A stretch of DNA of 64,000 nucleotides, taken from a virus. The translations under genes were made by a program, and so were the position numbers. This document shows positions 46,901 through 58,177 of this stretch, piece after piece. The DNA is taken from IMG/VR virus record IMGVR_UViG_3300045988_079613; one strand, 5' to 3'. Below the pieces are notes generated by a model, which did not search any database, was not told the DNA's origin, and saw only the letters and a list, made by a program, of their open reading frames with translations. The first letter of the stretch is position 1. Every line of letters begins with the position of its first letter.

Positions 46901-47273
46901 AATTATTTTTAATTAGTTTCTAATTCTAAATTAATGTAGCATTCTTTATTAATACTGTGTAATTCACTTCAGGAGGTACTGGAGTTGATATCTATAGTTT
47001 CCATTCCCCCAACACCACAGCTCCTAAATCTGTATATAAATTTATTCTAATCCAAGAATCTTTGAACTCTGATAGATCTATCTTATTAGTATTAGAATAA
47101 TACCTAATAAGCTTACTATCTCCATTAGCAATTACCTTTACTTCTATTATTCCGGAATACTTGGCAGGTTCAATGGTAGCATCTTTCTATTCCACTAACT
47201 AACCATTCAGATTTGGAAATACGTAATAAGCCTGTGGATTAATAAATATAGGATTATATAAAATTGTTTTCAT
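46884..47273 (-). CDS. Hypothetical protein, 129 aa (110 aa if the first terminal TAG, 46926, is a stop)
   Basis: Absent from the track. 3 internal TAG plus TAG at 46926 and 46920. Read-through ends at TGA 46884-46886, 17 nt inside the next gene. Confidence 0.4.
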
Positions 47274-47294
47274 CTGTATCCGCCTCTGTGTTAC
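47271..47294. repeat. 24-bp exact direct repeat, copy 1
   Basis: CATCTGTATCCGCCTCTGTGTTAC. Spans the intergenic 17 nt and the ATG of 46884..47273. Confidence 0.8.
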
Positions 47295-47752
47295 TTAATA
47301 GTAATAGTAATTTCTTCTCCGTTTTCTACTGCTTCTTGCATCTTAGCATATAATGCTTTAAATGTTACAGTACTTTCCGTTACTTTACCAACTACGTTAT
47401 TTTTTCCTACTAACAAGCATCCATCTGTATCCGCCTCTGTGTTACCTATATGAATTAAAATACCATTGAAACCAGGTACATCTAATAGTCTAGGCAATTT
47501 CCCATTACAGAATTTATACTGTTTATATTTATTAAATTTAGGAGACACAACATCTAAAGTAACTTTATACGTACCAATAGGTATCGCAGTCTTACCATAT
47601 ACTTTAATCTTCTATATGTCTTCTAGCGGTGTATCTTGTGTAAGTCCTCTATCTGTATCTTCAAGAACATTGCAGAATTTAACGCCATCTATATACATAT
47701 TACTTATAGTATATGTACTTCTTTTAGCTATTCTTTCTGATATTATATGCAT
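47291..47752 (-). CDS. DUF5675-like protein (possible cell-wall-acting enzyme, function uncertain), 153 aa
   Basis: Track ORFs 47612..47839 and 47291..47548 are co-framed and joined by a TAG at 47612. Likely ATG at 47750-47752. The pattern TAIP.GTY.V....SPKF......P.L..VPGF.GILIH.GN...DT.GCLLVG matches my recollection of DUF5675. Confidence 0.55.
47422..47445. repeat. 24-bp exact direct repeat, copy 2
   Basis: Identical 24-mer inside 47291..47752, encoding GNTEADTDG. Confidence 0.8.
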
Positions 47753-48006
47753 AACTTCAATAATAATATTATACCTACTTGGATTGCTTGACCAATAATA
47801 CCACCTATCATAGTAGCTATCCAGTCCAACCAATCCCATTTACCGCCGTGTTGTTTATCTTTAAACTCCATACCTGTAGCTAAACCAGCTACAAATAATA
47901 TAGTGAACAGAGCACCTGGTAGTATTGCGTACTTCAGGTGCTTCGTTCTATTACTTTCTTTTAACCATTTAATTTGCATATCTTGTAGTTCTAGGTTGAG
48001 CATCAT
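47743..48006 (-). CDS. Small two-TM membrane protein (VanZ-like/holin-like motif), TAG-free
   Basis: 87 aa. Hydrophobic segments ILPGALFTILFVAGLATG and IGGIIGQAIQVGIILLL, plus the motif DWLDWIATMIGG. Confidence 0.55.
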   Translation of the reverse strand: MMLNLELQDMQIKWLKESNRTKHLKYAILPGALFTILFVAGLATGMEFKDKQHGGKWDWLDWIATMIGGIIGQAIQVGIILLLKLCI

Positions 48007-48160
48007 ATACTATACTACCGAGTAAATCTGCAGCAAGATTCATTCCAAATTGTTTATCATCGTTATCAATTTCGTTTACTCTTACTATTACATATTGTAA
48101 CATAGTATATATTGCTTCTAACAATTCCCTATCACTGTATTCACTCAGCTTGTTGGTCAT
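47969..48160 (-). CDS. Hypothetical protein, 63 aa
   Basis: ATG-initiated ORF with a TAA stop. Overlaps both neighbours. Confidence 0.4.
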   Translation of the reverse strand: MTNKLSEYSDRELLEAIYTMLQYVIVRVNEIDNDDKQFGMNLAADLLGSIVYDAQPRTTRYAN

Positions 48161-48431
48161 TGTTTTCAGAATTTATAATTTCATCTAACATAGGTATTAC
48201 AGATTCTTGAACTATGGCTAAGAAGCCATTAGATACTACACCTTTTATAGAAGTTGCAGCATCTTTGTCAAGTTCTACTTCACCATTATCATAAATGTTC
48301 TTAGCTAGTTCTAATCCTTCTTTACTTATAGCAGATCTATAAAGAATTTTACCTAACTCTTTTGACATATCTATATTCTCTTCATTACCCTCAATATCTC
48401 TAATAACTATATTTTTAAAATCTATTTTCAT
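48141..48431 (-). CDS. Hypothetical acidic protein, 96 aa
   Basis: ATG-initiated ORF ending in TGA, which shows TGA is a stop in this genome. Confidence 0.5.
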   Translation of the reverse strand: MKIDFKNIVIRDIEGNEENIDMSKELGKILYRSAISKEGLELAKNIYDNGEVELDKDAATSIKGVVSNGFLAIVQESVIPMLDEIINSENNDQQAE

Positions 48432-48465
48432 AATTTACATATTTAGTTAATAATAATACTGAACG

Positions 48466-48732
48466 TTAATTTGAGCAACAGGTCCTGCAATAATTACAGT
48501 CTTTACAATTTATTATGTTACACACTTTAACTAACTTTAAAGGTATATCTTTATCTATTTGTCTATTAATTCCACAGATCATAGATTCTAGCATCTATCT
48601 ATCTTGAACAAATTCTACTTTAGTAAGTAGAAACTATAACTCGTTAGAGCATATAGCAGATACTACGTCTCTGTTATTATACTTTACAGAATATAATAGT
48701 TTATTATTTACGTAATTATTTATATCATTCAT
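48466..48732 (-). CDS. Small Cys-rich (zinc-ribbon-like) protein, 88 aa
   Basis: Absent from the track because of 2 TAG. C-terminal CNIINCKDCNYCRTCC. Confidence 0.4.
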
Positions 48733-48734
48733 AA

Positions 48735-51700
48735 TTATATTTGTCTCTAGAAATCAGACCCATTTTCAACCATCCAAGCAGGACAATTAAATGGAACAAC
48801 AGTACCACCAGACATTACATATCCAGAAGCCATATTAGTGTATTTAAGCTGTACAAATTTATTAGGAGTTAGTGTTATTATACTCAAACTTAATGAACCG
48901 TTATATAAGAATTTACCAACTCCTCCAGGTAAATCACTTTGAGAGTTCTCAGTTACTACTCTCAGTGCATAGTTGCCAGTACCAGTAGTAGAAGTATAAA
49001 ATATATATAATGACATACCTTCGTAGGCGTCATTAAAAGGTAATGATATAGTGTAATCGGTAGCTCCGACATCATCTATTACCATTAACTACTTATTAGA
49101 TGTAATATTAGGTCTATATACTGAGGTGCTGCCAGTTAGCTATGAGTAGTATAACTTATCATATTCCTCAGCACTTCTCATTCTTATTACACCTCTATTC
49201 ATATCTACCTGTCCAGTGACAGCGTTCACCATGAAATTAGGAATAAACACACTACTTATATAAAATTCAAACGATACGCTTAAAGATCCAGTACCAAACT
49301 GTGCTATCTCTATAGATGTAGTATAGTCTCCTCCACTGCCAGCTTCACTAGACGGTAAAGTATATTCTACTGTAGAACTAGTTATAGGCATCTGTATGTA
49401 CTCTAGATTCCCATTTTTAATATATTTGTATTGCAATTGTACAGTTGCCGAAGGGTAAGTTTTTACTCCTTTCACTTTTATTTTAAACTCAGGTGTCTAT
49501 TTAGTAGTACTAACTATATCTGTATTAACTCCCCACATCATAGATACAACAGCATTACGTACAGTTACCTTATATGTCTCTATTGATACGTCATCCACCC
49601 AGTTGGAATCTGAGGGCATGGTAAAATGGTTAGTGAAATTAACTGTATTATTGGTAAAATTCTAATAATCACTAGTAGCATTTCCTCCACCGTCAACTCC
49701 TTCTTGGCTGAACATGTAGTCTCCGTTGAATATAAATTTACCCATACTACCACCATCCGCAATTAATATCTTGGTAAACAAAGCTTCGTATTTATCCATT
49801 AAGATCCATGTAGCATTACTGCCATTGGTGTTCCAATCTTGTTCTGGAGTCTTTCCAGTGCTAGTGCCCAACCAATTACCATTTTTGTTCATCACATAGT
49901 ACTCATCATTAAAGAATACATACGGTGCCTTTTCATCAGTACAAGTGTATGTCTTACTATCACTGTAAGTACCTACTGGATATATTATCCTACCCTTGTT
50001 ACCATCAGCTCCTACCCACTTAGTCCATTCGTAGACTTCATAATCTGTACTTTCTACAGGGCTAGTCTTATTATATGCTATACCAATATATTTAGTATAT
50101 CTATTAGGTGTATCATATATGTCAGCATCAGAAGTAGGTTCGTTATCTGAATATTTTATCCAGGTATACAACGTTGCTCCTGGTTCTCCATCCTATCCTG
50201 TTTCACCACTTATTCTTACAGGAGTACTCCAACCAGATTCCAGTTCATCATTAGGGGTTATAACTGCCATTATCATCCATAGTGTTTCTATATCTTCATC
50301 TACAGAAGGTACTGTAGTATTCCATCCTGCTGGATTACGGACCTACTGAGGAGTACCGGGAGAATAACCTGTAGTCACAGCTTTGAATCTAAATTCAGTA
50401 TATTTACCGTCCTAAGCTACTCCATCTTTACCATTTAATGGAACTACCTCTCCCCAAACATGAACACTATTGGTTTCTCCGTATACTAAACCTATACATT
50501 GCCACCATTGTCCCGTAGAAGAATCTGGAAAGTCAACCCAACCGTCTAATCCTCCGGGTTGAGGAACTCTAAAAGTAGGTTTATCTGGTTTAGTGTTTGA
50601 CTACTTATATACGTAAGTCTTCCAATTTGGAACAGTTCCAGGTTGTCCGTCTTCACCATCCTTACCATCTCTAATAACGTATATAGTTTCTGTATCCACT
50701 GTTACTCTATTGCCTGATCTCTCATCGTATAAAGTAAATGTCACCTGAGCTGTAATGGAACTACTGGCTACTACACTACCTATTGAATAATTAGCTTCAC
50801 CTCCATTATCTACTTTGTATGTGAACTTATACCCAGTCGGAGTAGTACTTAGAGTTTTAATAGTATCTCCTTCTATTAATTGAAGATCGCACCAAACGGA
50901 GTTTACTTCATTGCTGTCATCTTTAAATCTATGAATAGCGTTTACTGAAGGTAATAAAGAATATACTTTTGCATTCTCTCCATCTGCTCCTGGTCTTATC
51001 TTATTTATAGTAAATATTACATCTCTAACATATTGAGTACCTTCATTAGAAGCTTTAACATTTACAGGAATTCTTATAACATCTCCAGTAGTAGAAGATA
51101 TGCTTGTTACTGTAATTACTCCTGTTGATGCATTTGCATTAGCAGTTATTCCTTCTACAGATCCTACAGCTAGACTATCTAGTACTAACTTAGTAGTACC
51201 GTAGTACATGCTTACTGTGGTAGTTAATGGCAATCCAGAAATTACATTACCTTTAGAATCACAAGCAACAGACTGCATATCATTATCAAAGTCTGTTACT
51301 AATCCTCCTACACCATCAACTCCATCCTTACCATCACTTATTTTGAATACAGTCTCTTTATCTACTAGAGTTTCTCCGTTAGTAAGTAGGAATGTTACCT
51401 TTTTATCTATAGAAGTAACAGATAAATTCTAATCTATAGTATAGTTCTCTGCTAAGTCTTCGTCTATCACGTATTTAAATTGGAATCCGGAAGGAATAGA
51501 AGTGAGCATAGTAGTAACTTTTCCTTGGGTCTTCTTAATCCCACAGCTGATAAACTTAACATCAGCTACTCCTTTTTTGTCCACATGCATAGCATCTACA
51601 GAAGGCACTAAAGAATATAATATTGCATCCTGACCATCTGCTCCTGGTTTAATTTTATTAATAGTAAGATAAGTGGTTCTTTCTATCAACTCATTGTTCC

Positions 51701-54098
51701 ATACACATGAAGCATCAATAGGTATACGAATATTAGTAGGAGCTGAAGGAGTTATGGTACTTACTGTTATTATACCAGTCTTTCTATCTGCTGTAGCTGT
51801 AATTCCATCTACTTGACGTACACTTAAGGAACTAAGATTCAGTTCGGTAGTACCATAATACATAGTCAATTTGGTAGTAACCGGCAATCCAGATATTACA
51901 GCCCCTAAATTATCTGTAGCTACCGATTGAACTTCATTGTCCAAGTCTAATACGATACTACCTAGTCCGTCTAAACCATCTTTACCATACTTAGCCCATA
52001 ATGAAGGTCCTGTGTAAGCTCTCCATCGACCTCCTCTAAACTTTCTTTGACACACCCATTCATACTATAGTTCTTTAGTAACTCCTTGCGGGTTATCAGT
52101 CCAACCATCTCCTGGTATATATTCAATACCTTCGAAGTCTCCAGTTTCTTGATATGCGTCTGAATTAGTATTATTTGGAGTAGGATTATCAGGATCATTG
52201 TTCGTAGCGGTTCTATAGAATATATATTGAACTCCATCTCCGTCCTATCCGTTCTCTCCCCACTTAGACCATAATGCAGGGGTGCTAAATTCTCCCCATT
52301 TATTATCCTTTTTACTTCTGGTACTAACCCATTCTGCTTTTAATATAGAAGTTACTCCCTTAGGATTATCTGTCCAATTAATAGGAATAAAATCATCTAT
52401 GTCTTCTCCTACAGGAGTTTCAGGAGCATCACCTACTCCCGAATCAGTTGTACGAGTATAAATAAATTCTACTGAATTACCATCAGTTCCAGCTGCACCG
52501 TCTTGCCCAGATATCTTTATAGGTTCTGACCATTCTCCTTGTATATTAGGATTAGATGTAAACACTTTATTGGACATCCATACAGGTGGAGTTAATTCTT
52601 CGTCATTACTAGACCAACCTTCTGGATATACTATAATATTAGTATCAGCATCCCATTCACCTCCTACTGGTTTTTCTGGTTTTTCTATACTAGATTTATA
52701 CGCAAACACCGTGTTATAAGTATCCCCAGGTTCTCCCTATCCAGGTTCACCTTGTGGCCCTTGTTCACCGGTTATTCTTATTGGGCCCTACCATTCCTTG
52801 ACTAACTCGTTGTTCTCATCTATAAGAGCATTAATCATCCACATAAACTCACCTGGAGCTAATGTAGGTGGAGTATCTTCCCAACCAACAGGGTTTCTAC
52901 TAGTTTTATTTAAGGCCGGTATTATATTTATGGATACACTCTTAGAATACTTGAAATCCATATAGGTATTAGTTTTACCGTCTTCAGCTGTGCACTATAC
53001 AGGATCAGACCAAGTGGCTACAGTATTTGTACTACCGTCTACTAAACCCATAGACATCCACCATTTACCTTCAGCGCTAGGACCATCAAACCAACCATCA
53101 ATACCGGATACTCCAGGAGTAGGGGTAACAAAAGTAGGTTTAGATGGCTGCAATTCTGCTTGCTTAAATACCCATGTATTCCAATTTGGTTTCACAGATT
53201 GCCCTGGTTTTCCATCTAATCCATCTTTACCAGGAGGTCCTTGTTCTCCTTGAGGACCTTGAAAGCCTCTTTCCCCTCTTAAACCTTGTGCACCCTATGG
53301 ACCTACAAATTTAGCCCACACGTAATCTAATGGATTATTACTTGGCTCTTCGGTTTCTTTATTGGAAGCAATACCAATATACTATGAGTCTTCTTCCGGT
53401 TGATCTGTCATCTAGTCTCCATATTGAGAAGGAGAATATTTAATCCAAGTAAATTTGGTATACTCATTAGTAATATTAGGCGTAGAAAGATCTATCTTGT
53501 TATTATTTACTACCGCTATTAAGCTATCCTTAATTGAATCGTAGTATATCTATCCGTCTTTATAGGTACCTGTAACATTCCCTTCTATATGTTCTGCTAC
53601 ATCAATACCCTATGGTAATATCATAGTATCGTTTAATACTACGTCACCGTTTACAAACTTACCTCCTTCGAATGACAATATACTATTGTTTGGTATAGTG
53701 ATAGTTTTACCTTGTAAATCAAATTCGTATTGAATTACATATATAGTATCACTGCTATCAAAATCAGTTTGTAGCAGTATATTTTTGTTATTAACTATTC
53801 TTTTTCGTAGAATTTTTCTACCTAATCCACTATATTTGCTAGGATTATACTCTTTATCAGCAAATTTAAGACTAAAATCATCATCTACTTTTATATCCTC
53901 ACCATCAGCATATACTACACTTATAGGCTGCCAATATGATTCGTTAGTCAAACTTATATTACTTGGTACTTCTTTTATAGATATGAAAGACCTATATTGT
54001 TCGTCATAGACTAAACATAATCTATCATATTCTTTAGAAGAATCATGCTTACCGTCGCAAGTAAGAGTAACTTTACCTAATAATTTTGTGTATTCCAT
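48735..54098 (-). CDS. Very large modular tail fibre/appendage protein, 1787 aa
   Basis: Ten track ORFs (48747..49085 to 53610..54098) are co-framed. About 20 in-frame TAG. ATG at 54096-54098, TAA at 48735-48737. Two tandem homologous ~200-aa modules (50601..51278 and 51429..52055). Collagen-like tracts at 52735-52785 and 53195-53300. Recurrent W-x-x-P...G-x-DG motifs. Confidence 0.7.
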
Positions 54099-54285
54099 TC
54101 TAAAAAATTAATTTTGTATCTGGTTTAATAAAGTCTTTAACATCTGGTTCATCAAAAGTAATCTAGTTATCTTTTGGATCAACTTCTACATTAGGATAAC
54201 TAGCATAATCTGATATTACTACGATGTTACCCTAGAAGTCTAGAGCAACATATAAGAACTATTTTAATTCATTACATGTGCACAT
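54073..54285 (-). CDS. Small hypothetical protein, 70 aa (61 aa if the terminal TAG is a stop)
   Basis: Absent from the track. 3 internal TAG plus a TAG at 54100, 1 nt before the next gene's ATG. Confidence 0.35.
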
Positions 54286-54292
54286 AATATTT

Positions 54293-54916
54293 TTATAATT
54301 TACATACTCCGTTAATACATTTATTACAAGGAGTGCTAGCTATATTACTGTCTATATTAACGTCTAATAACTTACTTAATTCTAAGTAAAACTGTAAAGC
54401 CTCTTTATTATGAGAAGTAGCAATAGCCTATTCTAGAAGCTGTCTTTTAAAGACTACTAACATTATAGTTTGCATTTGTCTATCATCTAAACAGGTGCTA
54501 CAATAATTGTGTAATACTCTTATTTCAGCATTATAAAGTATGTTAGGATTATAGTACACTCCATCTGCATAATCATTTGCATATCTTTCTGTAGTACAAA
54601 ACATTTTAATGTACTTAATATTAGTATCAAACTTAGATATAATATCTGATGTAGCAGATATCTCATACGCATACTGTGTAGTTACTTCTTTCTCTTCTCC
54701 ATCTCTTACAATTTCTTTTAGAGTAAACTCACAATTAGTATAATTCAATACATAATCATGATTATCTGCACTATCACAGTAAATATTAGCGACATTTAAA
54801 CATTCGTCAATATATATAACTATGTCATTAGTATTTACTATAGATATAGTACTATATACTTCAAAAGTCATAGTATCGTTTTTAAAGTTTACATTAACTA
54901 TTTTATTCATAATCAT
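54293..54916 (-). CDS. Hypothetical protein, 207 aa
   Basis: Track ORF 54428..54961 trimmed to ATG 54914-54916 and extended through the TAG at 54428 to TAA 54293-54295. Confidence 0.5.
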
Positions 54917-54920
54917 AAAA

Positions 54921-54962
54921 TAAAAAAGTGGAGTGGGAAGGAATAATCCAACCCGCCCCACT
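54921..54962 (-). terminator. Rho-independent terminator after the abundant structural gene
   Basis: GC-rich 11-bp stem (54927-37 with 54952-62; one mismatch, one G-U pair), followed on the minus strand by TTTTTTATTTT. Confidence 0.7.
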
Positions 54963-54985
54963 TTCGTTTAGTAAAATGTTAATTA

Positions 54986-55957
54986 TTAGGCAGCAATGAA
55001 GTTTTCGATACCTTTTGCTACAATAGAAGAAGCAAAACCAGTTGAATGCTTAACATACAGTTCAGTAGTAAGCGGAGTGGTTTTGATGTATTGATTATCA
55101 TTACTCAGATACTTATTATCGTTTTCTACAGTAATATAATCGTAAGTAGCATCTTGCTCTACCATTCTATCTTGTACTACTTCAGGATAAGCTCCAGTAA
55201 ATACATGACCTTGGTAGCCCATATAACGTACTTCAGCGTCACGTACTTGTTTCCAGTAACCTTTACCAGGATTACCAGGAGTTTTAACAATAGTAGCACC
55301 AGGGATAGCGTCAGGCTGATTACTCAAAATAGCACCAGGAATAGTAACATACAGACTAGCTTCCATATCTACTACAGAATATTCATTCAATGAATATACA
55401 CCGTTATTGTCATCTTTTTCCATTGCAGTTAAAGTGATAACTGCAGCAGATGCAGACGCATTAACTCTACGGTTAGCATGTTTGTTAATCTTTTTAACGA
55501 TAGCAGCAGCTAAGTCAGCAGCAGTAGTGTTAGCAGCAAATACTTCGTATGTGTGCGTAAACTGACCCGGAGCTTCATACATGTCTTTATATACTATTCT
55601 TAGTACATATCTATGACCTGCAATGATAGTAGCATTAGTAAGAGTAATAACGATCTTGTTCTGAGCTGGAGCTACATATTCTCCAATAACTGCACTTGGA
55701 TTGGAATTCTTCTGAATTTCATTACCAAATTTAATATTAGCCTTATCAGCTACCTTACCATCAGGCATAGTAACTTTTACTTTATTCTGAGCTACACCTA
55801 TATACAAAGAAGTAGCCTTAGCTGCATCAGTAGCAGTTTTGATAATAGCTCTATTCTGGTCAAACAGAGCAACATCACCCGCAGAAAGTGCATCAGCAGT
55901 AGTATAAGCTGACGGAAGATTTTTACCGATCAAAACGGTATTTACGTGTTGAATCAT
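54986..55957 (-). CDS. Probably abundant structural protein (auxiliary capsid, decoration or head-fibre candidate), TAG-free
   Basis: 323 aa, uninterrupted, Ala/Val/Thr-rich, GC-richer than its neighbours. Has its own ~100-nt leader and a strong terminator. The specific role is not recognisable from sequence alone. Confidence 0.6.
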   Translation of the reverse strand: MIQHVNTVLIGKNLPSAYTTADALSAGDVALFDQNRAIIKTATDAAKATSLYIGVAQNKVKVTMPDGKVADKANIKFGNEIQKNSNPSAVIGEYVAPAQNKIVITLTNATIIAGHRYVLRIVYKDMYEAPGQFTHTYEVFAANTTAADLAAAIVKKINKHANRRVNASASAAVITLTAMEKDDNNGVYSLNEYSVVDMEASLYVTIPGAILSNQPDAIPGATIVKTPGNPGKGYWKQVRDAEVRYMGYQGHVFTGAYPEVVQDRMVEQDATYDYITVENDNKYLSNDNQYIKTTPLTTELYVKHSTGFASSIVAKGIENFIAA

Positions 55958-56054
55958 TTTAAAATTTATTTTTAGTTTAACATAAATGCGCGCTCATGTA
56001 AACTTAGTTCATGTTCTACTTTCCTTATTTCAGATTTCCACGTTCATGAACGCA

Positions 56055-56720
56055 TTATTGTTCATCAGATTTCTCTGATCTTTGTGTTGAAGCAGCTTGT
56101 GCTATATACATATTTACAGCCGCATCTACAATTTCCTAATGAGTATGCTCAGGTAATTCTGTGTACTCTTTGGTTAAATTCTAACCTATATTTTTTGCAG
56201 ACCTTAGAAAAGTGAGGGTATATTTGTGAATAGCATAATTACCGTCAGTATACAATACAATATTGTTTTCTGTTTGTAGTCTAACTGGTCTGGCCTAATT
56301 ATGATGTAAGTGATATTCCGAAAGACTGTTTTCCAATATTCGATCTATCGTTTCAATAGTAGCTTCAATAACATCTCTAGTTTTAGTTATTAAGTTAGGA
56401 CATTTATTATCAAGTATTTTAATCTAAACTTCTTCACCTAAACTGAATAAATAATTGTTGGGATATTGTACTATCCACTTGTTATCCTATACTTTAAAGT
56501 CTAAGGAATTATACGTATTTGTCTATACTAATGTACGTAACTTATCAGATAATTCTTGATTCTATTGAAATACTCTATATACCTGTTTTACGTATTCATC
56601 TTTAGCTTTATTGATATAGAAGAATATAGTGTCTGAAGGTAACTTTACCTTTAGATTATAACCAGGAACTATAGTACTCAACTATCTTTCAAATGCTATT
56701 TGAAATTCTCTTTCTGTCAT
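56055..56720 (-). CDS. Head/neck-associated hypothetical protein, 221 aa
   Basis: Absent from the track because of 8 TAG. ATG at 56718-56720, TAA at 56055-56057. Confidence 0.5.
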
Positions 56721-56722
56721 AA

Positions 56723-57421
56723 TTATTCAGATAATTGGTTTAACTGTAATTTACTAGAGGTTCTTTGAGATTCAATATTTTCTAATGCTAACACTACAGC
56801 TCTATTTATTACTTCTGACATTACATCATCCGGTAAATCTAATTCACCGTCTAGATTAGTATAGTCAAATTGAGTAGGTTTCTTTATATAAGTAATATTT
56901 ATTGCATACTTATTATTAGATGGAGCGTATTCGGTTTGTTGCATCAATATTGGATCAACGTACAGTAACATTTTATTATCCTCTAATACTACCACAGGTA
57001 CCTCTACCCAAGGTATATTGTTATACGTCTGTTTGAATAACATTGCAGTATTATGATCAACAATCATGCAGTTAGCAAAATTATTACCATACTTTAGTGT
57101 TACTGCCCATATTGTTACTCTATTCCCATCATCATGCACATTATCTAATACAAATTCATTATATGCATTCTTCTACATTATTAGATTTTCATCTGTACGT
57201 ATGAGCTTATCTAATTCAGATATTCTCTATAATGATCCTTCAAAACCTAACTTTAGTATATTGTTACCACTTATTTTGTTGCTTATTACATCATCCTAAG
57301 CCTAGTTAAGAAATAAATCTATCTCCTAAGGTAGGAATGCAGGAGCTCCCCCAAAGGCAACTCCCTAAGCATTCTTATCTAGGATAACTTTAAACTAAAT
57401 ATGTGCAGTACGGTTATTCAT
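56723..57421 (-). CDS. Head/neck-associated hypothetical protein, 232 aa
   Basis: Track ORF 56723..57139 extended through 7 TAG to ATG 57419-57421, which overlaps the upstream TAA (TAATG). Confidence 0.55.
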
Positions 57422-58173
57422 TATTTAGACTTAATTTCATTTAAGATTGCCATCTTAATATCATTATTCTTCTTATCTTTTAAATAAGCTATTACATCTT
57501 CCAAACCATTACCAATCAGATCTGTACCAAAGTAATATTGAGCCCTATTCTTTCTAATGATATTCTTTGCAATAGCTTCTTCAATTACAAAGTTTATTTC
57601 TTTGTTTGGGTTTTCTACCCATTTAAGTATATAAGATCTAGGATCTTTTTCAATCTGTTCTGTCAATTTAGCTTCAATAAGCTCATTAGACATGTTTTCA
57701 GATCTAATTCCATAAAGTCTTAAACACTTGCGCATGTCTTCAATAGACATCTTATCCATTTCTCTATACGCTTCACGTTTGATCTTATTGATCTTATTAG
57801 CTTCTTCAGCTTCACTGTTCTTGTTAATAATAACATAATCAGTAGCAGGTGTTATTTTATTCAACCCATTTGCCACTCTCTTATGTCCTTTAAGGAACAG
57901 ATATTTTAGTTCATCTTCAGGTTTATCGGTATCAAGTAATACATCCTTTTTACCAATCTTAATGGCAAAAGTATCCCAATAGTTACTATTAGGTGCCAAA
58001 TTACCTTCTGCAAAACCTAATTCTTTTTCTAATCTAGCTGCATCTTCTGCAGTTAAACCAGTATATAAATTACCGGATCTAGTCCAGTATGAGCTTACAT
58101 AATCATAACATGTAGGCCATTTTGTAATCCCTGTCCAAGGATTTGATTTAATTATTCTAACGATTATTTCCAT
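57421..58173 (-). CDS. Hypothetical protein, TAG-free
   Basis: 250 aa, uninterrupted, ATG start and TAA stop. Confidence 0.6.
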   Translation of the reverse strand: MEIIVRIIKSNPWTGITKWPTCYDYVSSYWTRSGNLYTGLTAEDAARLEKELGFAEGNLAPNSNYWDTFAIKIGKKDVLLDTDKPEDELKYLFLKGHKRVANGLNKITPATDYVIINKNSEAEEANKINKIKREAYREMDKMSIEDMRKCLRLYGIRSENMSNELIEAKLTEQIEKDPRSYILKWVENPNKEINFVIEEAIAKNIIRKNRAQYYFGTDLIGNGLEDVIAYLKDKKNNDIKMAILNEIKSK

Positions 58174-58177
58174 AATA

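Noticed and set aside
48141-48143. TGA reassignment (table-4-like code)
   Set aside because: TGA closes several well-defined genes (48141, 2297-2299, 3413-3415, 62769). I never saw it in-frame inside the long reconstructed genes.
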